This document shows, one piece after another, positions 1 to 12,645 of a stretch of 64,000 nt of DNA. The notes under the pieces are model-generated. The model had not been told where the DNA came from, ran no database searches, and saw nothing but the letters and a program-made list of their open reading frames with translations. The stretch comes from Balamuthia mandrillaris (lineage: Eukaryota): the NCBI GenBank assembly GCA_031835245.2, contig JAVKOQ020000025.1, forward strand, positions 124,001 through 188,000, read 5' to 3'. Both the position numbers and the translations under genes were made by a program. Numbering within the stretch: position 1 is the first letter of the stretch; the number at the start of each line of letters is the position of its first letter.

Positions 1-161
1 AGAGGCGGAGATGAGGCGTCCTGATCAGCGACTTCATCAGCTGCTTCGCCCGAAGCGTGGGCAATCGCGGCAGTCTCTTCGCCCTCCACCTTTGTTTCTT
101 TTTTTTTCTGTTAAAAAAAAACCTATTATTTTGGACTCCACACCACCACTCCAGACCTCTT
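1..161 (-). CDS. 5' part of a minus-strand gene running off the left edge of the window (unknown product)
   Basis: GC-rich open segment 1-90 on the minus strand follows an acceptor-like aacaaag. A possible mini-exon lies at ~123-161. It diverges from the BTB gene across a spacer with three TGTCGAC motifs. Frame undetermined. Confidence 0.3.
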
Positions 162-649
162 CCTACACACAAAGAAAAAGCTAAACAACGCCAACGCAAA
201 GGGGGAAAAAAAAACCAAAGAGAGAGAGAGAAGAATAGAAGGAACGACGACGAAGTTCTCTTCTCACTGCGTTCTTCTTTCTTCTTCGCGGAGAGACACT
301 TTTTGATTGTTGATTCGTGCAAATTAAATTTGTCGACATCAATGATCTGAGAAAGCGATCATGTCGACATGTAATATCATGTCGACGTGGTATTTTTCCA
401 TCCGTGCAGTGAAAAATAAACATTTTTATTTTTCGTTTATTTGTTTTTTTTTTTTTTTTGTTGTTCGTTGTGAGAACAAAAAAGAAAGAAAGAAAGGTTC
501 GTTTGTTTGGGTTCTACTCTCTCACTTTCTTTCTTCCCGCTTTGAATTCCTTTCTTTTCTTTTCTTTCAATCTATCTTTTGTTATGTAGTTTTAATTTTA
601 ACATCTTTGACTTGAGCTCAGATTATATCTATTATATTGTTGAGGAGAG

Positions 650-3363
650 ATGCCGAAGGAGAAACAAAAGAAAGATAAGGAGAAGGAGGGGAAGCCGTCG
701 TCGCTACCAGACAAAAACTCGGTGGAGCTGAGGCTTCCCTCCCGCGCCGCTCTGCTCAAGCAAAAGCAGAGGCCGAGGAAGAGGGTCGTGGAGGACCTCT
801 CCTTCAACGACCGCCTCTTTAGCCATTTCCTGCACCACAAGCTCTCCAAGCTTTGGGAGGAGAGCAGCCACAGCAGCAGCAAAAGCAAAAAACCGAGCAA
901 GTCTCTGCTCCTCTCGGACGTGGTCATCCAGCTGGTCAGCCTGGACGAGGGCAAGCAGGCGCGGCAGGAGGAGAACATACCGGCTCACGCCGTGGTGCTG
1001 GCCGCGTGGAGCAAACGCTTCGGCGAGGCCTTGTTCCCTGCGTTGAAGAGAGAGGAAGAGAACGAGGAGAAGAAGAAAAAGAAGCAGAAAGGAAAGGAGA
1101 AGGAGAAGGAGAAAGAGACGGAAAAGGAGAAAGAAGAGAGTAAGGGTGGAAGTGGAGGGAGGAGGAAGGAAAGGTCGTTTGGCATCGAGTTTAAGGTGTT
1201 GCCGAGGAAAGAAGGAAAAGCTGTCTTTGAGGTACTCTCATTTGCTCTCTGTCTCTGTCTCTGTCTCTGTCTCTGTCTCTGTCTCTGTCTCTGTCTCTGT
1301 CTCTGTCTCTGTCTCTGTCTCTGTCTCTGTCTCTGTCTCTGTCTCTGTCTCTGTCTCTGTCTCTGTCTCTGTCTCTGTCTCTGTCTCTGTCTCTGTCTCT
1401 GTCTCTGTCTCTGTCTCTGTCTCTGTCTCTGTCTCTGTCTCTGTCTCTGTCTCTGTCTCTGTCTCTGTCTCTGTCTCTCTCTCTGTCTCTGTCTCTGTCT
1501 CTGTCTCTGTCTCTGTCTCTGTCTCTGTCTCTTCTGTCTCTGTCTCTGTCTCTGTCTCTGTCTCTGTCTCTGTCTCTCTCTCTGTCTCTGTCTCTGTCTC
1601 TGTCTCTGTCTCTCTCTCTGTCTCTGTCTCTGTCTCTGTCTCTGTCTCTCTCTCTGTCTCTGTCTCTGTCTCTGTCTCTGTCTCTCTCTCTGTCTCTGTC
1701 TCTGTCTCTGTCTCTCTCTCTCGCTCTCTCACCTGTCTGTTCTTTTCTTTGCTTTCATTGTTTGTTTTTCTCTTTTCTCTTTCGTTTATTGTTTCTCTTA
1801 TCTCGTCTCTCTCTTCCATTCTCTTTGCTCTATTTTTTAAAACAAACGATATTAATTCTTTCTTCGTTCTTCTCTTCCTTTTACGCGAAGGTAACCCTAC
1901 CGACCAAGGACAGAGAGTTGTTCAAGCACAGCATCGAGTTCATGTACACTGGAAACACCAAAGTCATTCACGACCTTCGCAAAGACTTTATCGTTAGACT
2001 GTTGGAGATTGCTCATTTCTTTGGCATTGATGGACTCAAGGTAATTATCTTATTATCTTTTCTTGTTTTCTTTTCTTCTCGTTGTTTTTTTTCTTTTTGT
2101 GCTCTTTTTTTTGTTTTTAAAAGCTTAACCCACTATAAGGCGGAATGTGGCCGTGTTCTCGGCGACAATGTCAGCCAGTATAACTTTGAGCAGTTCCTGG
2201 AGACTGCTCGCGACTTCGAATGCCATTCTCTGAAGGAGAGCGTAGGGCGTTTCCTCGCCTCGCACACGTTTCTCTTCACCACCTTGTTGAAGCTCCACAA
2301 ACAACTGCTGGGGTTGGATCTCTTGGACACTAACGAACTTACGAAGCTCGGCTATGTGGAAGATGAGAGCGACAGCGGAGAAGATCTGAGCGACGATGAC
2401 GATGACGACGATGCAGGTGAACAACCACAGCAACAACAAACAGAACAGCAAGAGCAACAGACAAAGGATGCAAGCGCAAGCGGAAGCGAAAGCGAGAGCG
2501 AGAGCGATAGCGAAACATCGACCAGCGACATAACGTCGGATAGTGAGGACAGCTATAGTGGGAGTAGTAGCTCCGATAGTGAGACCAATATAGCCAATCG
2601 TCGCCCGAACCGCAGAGGACCCAACAAACGTGCTCCTCGTCTCCGATCTCTCGTCAAACGCGCGTCTTCCACCAAGACGGCAGCAGGTCGAAGCGGAGGA
2701 CAAACTCAACTTTGGAAGAACGCCAAGAAGCAGTGGTGCAGCAACAAGCCTAAAGGATTGCTGTGGCAAGCGGTAAAGAACTTGAAGCCAGAGAACCTGA
2801 GGGAGCATTTCTTGATGGGCTTGGAGCCGAGCGTTTGGGCTGCTATGCTTCGTGCTGATGAACTTGCTCTGCCGTATGTTTATTTATTTGTGTTTTCTTC
2901 CTTCTTGCTTTCTTTTCTTTTTCATTCTCACTTTGTCTCTCTCCCTCCAGAGAAGAGAAAATATTCCGGGCTGTTCTGGTATATGCCTCTCAATTCGAGG
3001 ATGACAAGGCGAAGCATTACCAAGTGCTGAGCCACCTCCTCCCCAACATTCGTTACCGCAACATGTTCCCCGAGTTTTTGGTAAATGTGGTGGAAAAGGA
3101 CGAGAACCTTCAAGCCCTTGACTTTATGCGCCCTCTTCTTTTCCAGGCCTTCAAGCATAAGGCCTACCCTGGTTCCGCCAAGTTTGAGCCGAAGAGCGCT
3201 AAACAAAAGCCAAGAGCAGGTATCTCTCTCCCTCTCCTTCTCCCTCTCCCTCTCCCTCTCCCTCTCCCTCTCCCTCTCCCTCTCCCTCTCCCTCTCCCTC
3301 TCCCTCTCCCTCTCCCTCTCCCTCTCCCTCTCCCTCTCCCTCTCCCTCTCCCTCTCCCTCTCC

Positions 3364-3405
<42 letters not shown>

Positions 3406-4256
3406 AAAACAAACACGCTGTTTTGTTAACAAATAAAAACAGGTAATTACTTTTCCTACCAGTATTCTTCCTCTACCTCCTTCGAGCTCTCGGCCTCTGG
3501 CCGCAAAGGCTACCTAAGGAGCAATCTCTACGGCACCTATCATAACCTCTTTGGCGCAAGCCCATTGACCCCCGAGAACGACTACGTGGAGTTCCATCTG
3601 CGCACGTGTGCCTCTGGCTTTGTTGGTATTGTGCCCAAGACCGCGTTTCAGAGCAGCAATACCTCTCCCACGCAAATGGGAGGGCACGTGTGGACTCCAA
3701 CGGGATATTACTACAACAACGCCAGTCAAAGTCGTTATAGTACGTGTTATAGTCTTTTTTTTTCTCCTTTATTTTTTCTTCTTTCCTTTCTTATTCTTTT
3801 CTTTCTTTCTGTTCTTCTTTTATTGTTGCTGTAACCTCACAATACCATTTTATATTCATAGTCAATACTTTCAGCAGCGGTTCGGTGGTGGGAATCCACC
3901 TGGACTTTATCCGCAAAAAAGTGCTCCTCTTCATCAACGGGCAACAACTGCAAAGCCACGACGTGCCCGAGCTGACGGAATCCTACTTCTATCCGCTCGC
4001 CAGCAGCAGCGTCGCGGGCGATGTTATCACCATCCGCAGGAGAGCCGTCAGTCCTTTGAGAAAATCGTCCACGGCGGCCCTCGCTTTGTCCTCCGTTGCT
4101 TCTGGCTCTACCTCGTCTTCCTCCTCCACCACATCTTCCAACTCGACCTCTTCCTCGAATGTCCCGTTGAGCCAGATCAAAGCCATGCGGCTTATCAACC
4201 ACTTTGTCAGCTTTCACGATGCCAAGCAGGTGCGCACCATTGTGGCTGAGCAATGA
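650..4256 (+). CDS. BTB/POZ-BACK-SPRY domain protein (probable Cul3 adaptor), multi-exon
   Basis: BTB motifs LLLSDVVIQL...IPAHAVVLAAWSKRF and FKHSIEFMYTG...LLEIAHFFGIDGLK. BACK-like LRADELALP/LLPNIRYRNM. SPRY-like YVEFHL...FVGIV...VVGIHLDFIRKKVLLFING. Intron 1 is 1232-1890 (GT..AG), intron 2 starts at 2041, stop at 4254-4256. Confidence 0.8.
1246..1720. repeat. Intronic (CTCTGT)n microsatellite, ~470 bp
   Basis: Directly visible; lies within intron 1 of the BTB gene. Confidence 0.95.
3222..3402. repeat. Intronic (CTCTCC)n/(CT)n microsatellite
   Basis: Directly visible, between a GT donor at ~3220 and the aaacag acceptor at ~3442. Confidence 0.95.
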
Positions 4257-4917
4257 ATGTGTCATGAGAAGAAGAACAAGAACAAGGACAAGAACAAGAA
4301 CAAGAAGAAGCAGAAGCAGCAGCAATACCATCACCTCTCTCTCCATGAATGCCCATTCTTTTGTTTTATTATAATAATTATTTACTTTATGTCGACAATT
4401 TTTGGCGGTGCACTTCTTCAGCTCGAAAGGAGCAATAAAAGTGCACAACGGAGTCACCCCCATAATGAAACGAGGGTCCCCGTTATTGATGTCGACAATA
4501 AACTCTCCAAACCAAAAAAAAAATTCTTTTTTTTTTTGCTGAATAGAAAAAATAAAAATAAAAAGAGACAAAAAGGGGATCGCTGCAATAATTTTTTTTT
4601 TGGGTTGCCTGCTCTGATCGCTACCGCGTTTCGATCAAGCCCCGCATACAAAGGAACACACTCGCATCTCCAGTCTCCTGTTTGTAATTCCTCCTCTCCG
4701 GGGGGGGCCGGGGGGTTTTTTTTTTGTGTGTGTGTGTTACACATTTTTTATTTTTCCCTCTCTGTGTGTAACTCTTTACATCCTCCTAATGGATATCCAA
4801 CACCCTAATCACTTTCTTTTTTCTCTCACGCCTTCTCTCTCTCTCTCTCTCCTCTTCTTTCTCTTCTCCCTCTTCTTTATTTTTAATAGGTAGAATATAT
4901 ACATAGTAAAAAGCAAT

Positions 4918-5444
4918 ATGTCAGCTGCTCCCTCCAACGCGAAGGCCGCCGGTGGCGACAAGTACAAGACCCCTGGCAAAGGAAAGAGCTCGGTCGTGGT
5001 CAAGGTGGGCATGGTCGGCGACAGCGAGGTGGGTAAGACCTCCCTCATGGTGCGCTACGTCGAGGGCAAGTTCGACGAGGACTACATCTGTACTCTAGGT
5101 TTGTAACTCTTCCTTGCCAATTTTTTTGTTATTCTCTTCTTCCATCTCCTCTCCTATGTTTGTTTAATTTCCCCCTTCTTCTCCTGCTCCTCTCTCTCTT
5201 TCTCTCCTCGCACTCTCCTCTTTCCTCTCTCTCTCTCTCTCTCACTCTATCCGCTTTCCTCTCTCTGACGGGAGTCCTGTGTCTAGGTTCTCTTCTCTTA
5301 TGTTCTATTGATGTATTATATTTCTCACATGGTCTCGTTTGGTTTTTATAGGTGTGAACTTTATGGAAAAAACTGTAAACATTCGCAGCAACGAAATCAC
5401 TTTCAGCATTTGGGATTTGGGAGGTGGGCATCCTGTGCTCCTCT

Positions 5445-5477
<33 letters not shown>

Positions 5478-6008
5478 ATTTCATTTTGGTGTTTCTTAAC
5501 GTCTGTTCCACTCTACGACTAGGTCAACGAGAATTCATCAGCATGTTGCCGCTGGTGTGTAACGATGCGGTGGCCATCTTGTTCATGTTCGATCTTTCCC
5601 GAAAGTCTACTCTTATCAGCGTTAAAGAATGGTACCGACAGGCTCGCGGTTTCAACAAGTCCGCCATTCCATTTTTGATTGGTACCAAGTATGATCTTTT
5701 TGCCAACTTCCCTAAAGAGGAGCAGGAAGACATTACCAAACAGGTTTGTTCCATCTCCTCGTTTTTCTCCTTTCTCTGTCTCATCATGCTCGATGCTCTT
5801 CTCTTCTATCTCTAACAACATTGTTTGGCTTGTTTTTTTTCAGGCAAGGAAATTCGCCAAAGCAATGAAGGCTCCCTTGGTCTTCAGTTCAGCGCACGCC
5901 TCCATCAACGTTCAAAAGATCTTCAAGATCGTATTGGCCAAGGCATTCGATCTGAAGTGCACCATCGCTCAAGTAACGGAAGTGGGAGAACCTATTTTGG
6001 AGTACTAA
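4918..6008 (+). CDS. spg1: Septum-promoting GTP-binding protein Spg1/Tem1 (SIN/MEN GTPase), 4 exons
   Basis: Spliced product KVGMVGDSEVGKTSLMVRYVEGKFDEDYICTLGVNFMEK...IWDLGGQREFISMLPLVCNDAVAILFMFDLSRKSTL...GTKYD...INVQKIFKIVLAKAFDLKC...GEPILEY matches the Spg1/Tem1 signature. Confidence 0.95.
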
Positions 6009-6336
6009 ATGAACACACTTCAAAAAAACCAAAAACTAAACGATGACGGAGTGACGAGAGAAGATGGAAAGAAGCGAAACAGAAATGGAAGGTATGCATC
6101 TCTTGTCTCCTGTTGCCTTTTCTTTTTCTTTTTTGTTTAAGTGGTAACGTTTATTTCTTTTTTTTTAAAAAGAAGGCGCGAAGGAAGAACGTTTCATTTT
6201 TGCTACGAAGTCGAAGAAGCAACTTATCTTCTTTTTTCACACCTTTTGTTTTTTTTACTTCTTCTATTATATTCTCCCTTTGTCCTTCTCTGTACACTGA
6301 TAACAATCTTTTTTCATCTTTCCGTTTCTTTTGTTT

Positions 6337-6371
<35 letters not shown>

Positions 6372-6436
6372 CTTTGCCTAAGCTGGCTGGTGTGGCACAT
6401 GGAGTGCTCCATCGTTCTTTGCTTGTGGTCTTTGCT

Positions 6437-7451
6437 TTATTCTTCAACAATCACAAGAGGCAGTTCTGCTTTGCCCTTAACATAGACAGGCGCACATCCG
6501 TGATTCACCACGAACACCAACCGGCTGTCATAACTCGGTGCGTTGCTCTTCTTCTCAGAAGAAGAAGCAGGCCAAACCGAAGGAATGCGAAAGTGAGCAA
6601 ACAAGGAATGGTCGGAATAAGGCTTCAGTGGAAACAAGTTGGAAGCAGAGGAAGATGAAGAGGAACAGGCCCATGAAACGAGTTCAGGCTTGGTTTTGAG
6701 TTTGTTGGTGTTGCTGCAATGCGTGAAGAGCTGAAGAAGATGAGAGGATAGAAAGTCGACCACCTGCTCTTCTTCTCTGTGAGGCGTAGAAGAGAGGGAG
6801 CGGTGATGGTGGTGTTTTGGTTTCTTGGAGGCTTGGATGTAGACTTTGATGTTTTTGATCTTTTTCTTTGCTCTTCCCTTTATCTCCACTTTTGTTTTGT
6901 TGAGAAGAAAGAGGAACGAAAGCAAGAATGAGTGAAGAAGTGAGGAAGAAGAGGAGAGAGAGAGAGAGAGAGAGAGAAAGCAACAATTGAGATAACTTAC
7001 CAGAGATAGGAACCACATCCCCAGGATGCCACGCCTTATTCCGGATGGAAAACACAAAGGACTGGTACTCCTCTTTCTTCAAGTCCAGCCGCAAACACGC
7101 TCGGAGGGCAAGAGAGGGAGAGGGACAAAGAGCACCACTTGTTCTTGCAGCTAGCTTGTCGCTATCATTGCTGGAGTAAGAACGTTTCAACTTGGCTCCT
7201 ACCTTTGTGGTGTTGTTGTTACACCTCGACAAAGAAGCGGCTTCAAGGTCGTCCAGAGTGAGAAACGTGGTTGAAGAGGAGGAGGAAGAAGAGGAGGAAG
7301 CGTTTTTGGAGAGGCGAAGAGCCGTGGAGGACGAGGCAGGATCCTCCTCCATGCTGGCATAGAGGTCTCTTGCATCTTCATCCAACCCGGCAAACCGGTA
7401 GAGCAAGTCCTTGGTGGCTTTGTTCTTGTTCTTCTTCTGTTGGTGTTGCAT
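6437..7451 (-). CDS. Hypothetical protein with C-terminal arrestin-C-like beta-sandwich (5' end uncertain, may extend to ~7880)
   Basis: ORF 7451-~7000 is spliced (GGTAAG donor) to VEIKGRAKKKIKNIKVYIQ...FRIPSVWPAS...RLVFVV...AELPLVIVEE*. The pattern AWHPGDVVPISVEI...IKNIKVYI resembles arrestin C-domains. Confidence 0.5.
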
Positions 7452-8057
7452 GGTTTCGTTCTTGTTCTTGTTCTTCTTTCGTTGGTAGCTGCTTTGTTTA
7501 TTATCATTATCAGCCGAAGGAGAAGCATTACACCCGTAATGAAAGTTTTCACGTCGACTCGACTGAAAGTGGATGGGAAGAGTCCACTCGCATCCCAGAA
7601 CTAGGGGCTTTGTCCATGTGCATCAGACTTGCTGGTATGGCTTACGTTCTCATCCCTTCCATCGGTAGTCCAAGCAGAGCAAACCTCCAGCAGCAAAATG
7701 TTGGATGTTTTGAATCGAGCTTCTTTTTCGGTTCTTGCGAACAGTTCCCCTCGAGAAAACGAGATAGAAGGTCGATTCAAAACTCTAACATGTTCATGTT
7801 TTGGAGTTTCGCCGTTTATCTGAGTTGATGGAGTTCTTCTGGATGGGTTTCTTTCATCTCCGTTTTCCACGTTTTCCCAGCATAGAGGAAAGCGTTTATA
7901 AATGTATTATATATATCATAAGCGTTTAAATATATTATATTGAGCAAATTGTTGTCGACAGGAAATTGTCGACGATAATTAAACTATTGATCGAGTTCGA
8001 TCTCATTACTGACGTCATACTATTGTCCGCAAAAAAAAAAAACAGCAGAAAGAAAAA

Positions 8058-9672
8058 ATGAGTTTGTTGGATTTCGAGGCGCTGTGGCGAGAAGCGAAGC
8101 AGCAACAGCGCCGTTCAGCACGTCGTTCTCCTCCACAGCCTCACACGACCGCACCAGACGCCATTTCAAGTTCTCATGAAGGAAGAAAACCGACAAAGCA
8201 GGAGGAGAGCGTCCATGAAGCCGAAGCAGAAGCAGAAGCAGAATGCGATTGGGAGGTGATGGAAAACTTTCCAGCTTCGGTCTATCCGTTGGACAAAGAA
8301 GAGACAGAAGGGAGGAACGATTCTCTTGCTCGGTGGAGAATAGGGGAAGAGGTAGCGTTGGATAGAATGTACTACGTGCCCTCCTTTGTGAGCGAGGAGG
8401 AGGAAGCTGCGTTGCTGCGAAATATTTATGAGGAGGGAGCTGCCGCCGCGACCGCGTGGACACAGCTGAAGAAACGACGGTTGCAGAATTGGGGTAAACC
8501 AGCTCTTTTGCTCTCTTGTCTATTTGTCTTTTTTGTGCTTTCTCTGCTGCTTCTTGCTCTTAGTGCTTTGTTCTTCGTTTGTTCTTCTTCTTGTTCTTTC
8601 TCGTTCTTCTTGTACTTGTTCATCTTGTTCTTGTTCTTCTTCTTGTTCTTCGTTCTTCTTCTTGTTGTTCTTCTTCTTCTTCTTCTTTTTCTTGCTTCTT
8701 CTTGCTTCTTCTTCTTCCTGATGCTTTTAAAATTTTTCAAATGAAAGGAGGAAAGCCAAGCATGGATGGAATGCTGGAGGAACCTCTGCCAGAGTGGTTG
8801 GAAGAGCTAGGCCGTCTCTTGGTAGCTCGTGGCGTCTTCCTACGGCCATTCAACCATGCTCTCATCAACGAATACGAACCTGGCCAAGGCATAATGGTGC
8901 CTCTCCCTTTTTTCTTTTTCCTCGTTTCTCTTTGTTTCTCTGCTCACTATCTTCCCTTTCTCTTGTCCTCTCAGCCGCATGAAGATGGACCATTGTACTG
9001 TCCTCACGTGGCCATTCTCTCTCTTCGCAGCCCTCTGTTACTGCACATTTATCCAAAGCAAACAAGCGCACAACTTAAACAAGACCAAGAACAACAGCAA
9101 CAAAAAGGTGAGGTTCCTCAGCGTCATCAGCACCACCATCGGGAAGCCATCGCTTCGGTGCTGTTGGAACCTCGTTCCTTGTTCGTCTTTCGCGAAGACG
9201 TGTACAAAGCCTACTATCACGGTATTGATGGTGAGTCATTTTCTTTCCTTCCTCTTTATCTCCTTCGTTTTCTTCGTTTTCTGCGTATCTTTTGCTTTTT
9301 CTGCTTTGGCCAAAAAGAAAGAGGGAAGTGATTAGAACACTACCAGGAAGGGTTTAAAAAAAAGAGAAGAAAGATAGAACCCATTGGCTGCACTTGAGGC
9401 CCCATGACTACACAGCTAGATAGACTCTGATCCCTCTTTTGCTTTCCTCCTTTCCCTTCTTCATTCATTCTTTCCCCTTTCATGGTCGCTAACGAAAACC
9501 AAAAACCAAAACAGAAACAAAAGAGGACGTGTTGGAGGGCAGGCGGATCATCAACCTGGACAAAACCGAAGGGGACTACAGCAACGCCACTTCCATCCTC
9601 CGCGACACCCGCGTCTCACTCACGCTGCGGGTGGTTCGTTTTGTGCGTCGACCGCGGGCAAAAGATGACTGA
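8058..9672 (+). CDS. ALKBH6: AlkB homolog 6-like Fe(II)/2OG dioxygenase
   Basis: YYVPSFVSEEEE...WTQLKKRRLQNWGG...LPEWL...[23 protein letters not shown]...LLEPRSLFVF...YYHGI...RDTRVSLTLRVV; the HxD..H..R..R set is intact. Stop TGA at 9670-9672. Confidence 0.9.
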
Positions 9673-9808
9673 AAAAAAATTAGTTAATTCATGTCGACAT
9701 TAAATATGGTATTCGTGTCGTCGTGGATTCGAGGTGGTGTCGCTTCGCTCTATTTGTTTCACGAAGAAGAACACAGAAAAAGAGTCTTCAACAAAGGACA
9801 TATCCAAT

Positions 9809-11072
9809 ATGAACGATACAGGTATCATTCGTGCTCATGAAGACAGTTTGTTTTTTGGAACTCATTTGTATTTTTTTTTTTTTTTGCAGTGAATGAAGCA
9901 AATCAAGGGGCGCCTGCTGGTTACTATTCGCCTCTTCAACAACAACAACATATCGAGACCGGATCTCCCTCCGTCAGCAGCTTCATTGCTCTGAATGCTT
10001 CCAGCGACTATGAACTTGAGGTTTATTTCTCCAGAGAATTTTTCATTGTTTTCGCTTCATCTGTTCTTCGTTCACTCTCATTATCCTCTGCTTTCTTCCC
10101 GGTTTTTGATTCTCCTTCTGTTTCCCTTATTGCTCCTCCTTTTCTCTCGTCTTTTTTTTCCCTCACCTTCTTGTTTGCCAACAGAATGTTCCAAAGTCAG
10201 TTTTGTTAAAACAGATGAACCTCTTCCAGAAAAAAGCTGAAGCTGAGAAACAACGCCGCCAAACGCTCGAGAACGAACGGCTGGCTCTGGAAGATCAACT
10301 TCTGGAACTTCGTTTTCAACTGGGAGACGAAAAACAAAGAGTGGAAGCATTGAAGAGCGAGAAAGAAAGCTTAGAACGGACTATCCGAGAAGAGATGGAA
10401 AGCTTGGACAGAGAAAAGCTACAAATGCTATCCATGCAAGAACGGTTCTTTCAACAACACCAACAACAACAAGCACAACACAAGAAAAGTGCACAAGTAA
10501 AAATGGGAAAGAAGCCACAGAAAGCCAACGAGAAAGCAAAAGATTTGAAAGAGAGAACGGACATGAAAGAAAAAACGAACGAAAAGAATGAAGCCGAAGA
10601 AGAAGATGATGACGAACGCAAACGAGAATGGCCATCGTGGGAGATGGAGAAAGAAGAACTGGAAGAAAAGGTGGAAGAACTGCAAAGAGAGAAAGAACTG
10701 TTTGAGAGAGCAAGTCTGGAATGGGAAAAAGGTTTAGCGCAGTGGCTACACAAAATGGAAGAGCTGCAACAAGTCTTACGAGAAAGAGAAGAACACGAGG
10801 AAGAGGACCAGCGAACGCTCGCTCGGTTGAGAGCGGAACGAGCTACCTTGCGGAGAGAGAATGAGGAGTTGTGTCGCTGCATCGAACGGTGGAAGTCTTT
10901 GTACGACCAAAGCGAGAGATTGAGAGAAGACTTGGAGCGAATGTTGAAGATGAAAGAAGAAGAAAGAGAAAGAGAGAAGAGGAACGAGGGGCTGTCGCAG
11001 TCCTTACGAAGTGGGCAAGCTGCGATATGCGTTGTTCTCGGCGTTTTCGCAAGTTGGTTGTTTTATAAGTGA
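9809..11072 (+). CDS. Long coiled-coil protein with C-terminal transmembrane anchor (tail-anchored, golgin-like)
   Basis: E/K/R/L-rich heptads over ~270 aa ending AAICVVLGVFASWLFYK*. Two short 5' exons are joined by GT-AG introns. Confidence 0.7.
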
Positions 11073-11136
11073 AGAAAACGTTCAGTTGTTGTTTTGCTGT
11101 TGTTGTTGCATCTTTAAAAAAAAACCAGAAAAGGTT

Positions 11137-12221
11137 TCAAGAAGAGAAGCCGAGGCCTTTAGACGTTCGGCCTTGGTTTAGTCCTGTGTTGAATTGTCGT
11201 TCCAAGTCTTGAAAGAGATTTCCTTGTTGTCGTGTTAAGTTTTGGTTTGGAGTTTGTTGTGCTTGTGGGGAGGTCGTGGAAGTAGTTGCTGTTGCTTTTC
11301 TGGCTCCCATTAGCTTTAGAAACTTGTTCTTTCTTTCTTCGCTTTCAAAGGAGGCACCCTCCCAAATGGAAGAAGAAAGAGAGGAGGATGCTTGTGGTGT
11401 GTTCATCGAGGAAGAGGAAGGTGTAACAGAAGGAGATGAAAGCGAAGAGGAAGATGAAAGAGAGGCGGAAGGAGAGGTGAGATGCTTCATTTTCTGTTGC
11501 CACAACAACAGCTTTCTTCTCTGTTGCTGCTGCAGCTCATAAGCGCTTGTGGAAGGAGACGTATCATCTCCAGAGGGAAGAGTTTGCTCTATAGAAGAAG
11601 CGGAAGGAGCAGCTGATGCAGCGGTGCTGTCCGCGAATGCCTTTGTTGCAGTGGTTTCTTGTTTCTCTTTTTCTTCGTGTTCTTTTCCTCCTCCTTTTTC
11701 TTTGCTTTCGCTTCTTTCTTCACTCTCCCGTTTTCGTTTGTGCGATCTGTCTCTGTCTCTCTCTCTGTCCCTGTCTCTGTCCCTGTCCCTGTCTCTCTCT
11801 CTGTCCCTGTCCCTGTCTCTTCTTCCATAACTGCTTCGGCTCGATCGGTCGCTGGAGTGCCTGTGTCTCCTGTCCCTGTCTCTTTCTCGTTCTCTGTCTC
11901 GTTCTCTACTCCTGCTTCGTTCTTCGCTGTATGCTGTCGTTCGTTCAGAGCTACCAACGGTAGAAGGCCGTCGAGCGATACTTGGGCTCTCCTGTTGTGT
12001 GTTTTGTTTTTCATCCCTTTGTCAAAAGGAAGATTTTTGTATTTCATTTTTCTTCTTCTGCATCTTTTCATCTTGTTGATTCGGAATGGGTGTGAAAAAA
12101 AGCGAGAAGCGAACACCCATGGAGAGCAAGAGAGCAAAAATAAAAAAGACCTCAAGAAGGGAAGGGAGCGAGAAGGGAAACGCACGTTCTTCAAAGGGCT
12201 TTCATCACGCGAGTCCGCCAT
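11137..12221 (-). CDS. RSRC2-like RS/RD-rich protein with C-terminal SMAP (small acidic protein) domain
   Basis: Starts MADSRDESP, has an RDRDR tract encoded by the 11750-11820 repeat, and ends WEGASFESEERKNKFLKLMGARK...LFQDLERQF, which is typical of the SMAP domain. Confidence 0.75.
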
Positions 12222-12645
12222 CTTTTTTTTCTCGGGTTTGTTTTGGTGTGCACGCTTTCGTGACGTCCTTAGAGAAAGGTGATGACGCAATTCTGACGTC
12301 ATATGTATCGATCGGGAATTGATCTTATTTGTCGACAAAAAATTTCCTAGAAAAATTAACCGATTTTCCAACACTGAGAATGAAAGTGACACTCAGTGTT
12401 CTTGTGGTGGTGGAAGCGGTTTTTCGCTACGTTTTTCCATTTCGTTTGGGGGAAGGGTGGTGCCAAAGGGGTTTCAAAAAAAAAAGAAAGAAAGAAAAAA
12501 AGGCGCTTGTGGCTCTTTGCAGTTGAGGCAAGAGCGGAAGGATAGACCACAGAGGGGATAAAGTCGTGAGGCTCAAGGCTTTTGCTAGAGCAAGCAAAAT
12601 CATCTTTTCGTTGTTGCGCTGAAACAGACAAAACTAACCTTGTGA

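Noticed and set aside
1146..1997. Long ORFs of poly-LC, poly-SV, poly-ET, poly-LP, poly-F, poly-E etc. (also at 3.0-3.4, 23-24, 31, 35.8, 41, 47.7, 50.3, 55.1 and 56.2 kb)
   Set aside because: These are translations of stop-free intronic microsatellites bounded by GT-AG; the flanking exons join into recognisable proteins without them.
12370..12400. 9-bp hairpin AACACTGAG...CTCAGTGTT upstream of the TET-like gene
   Set aside because: Too short to distinguish from chance, and no second copy seen.
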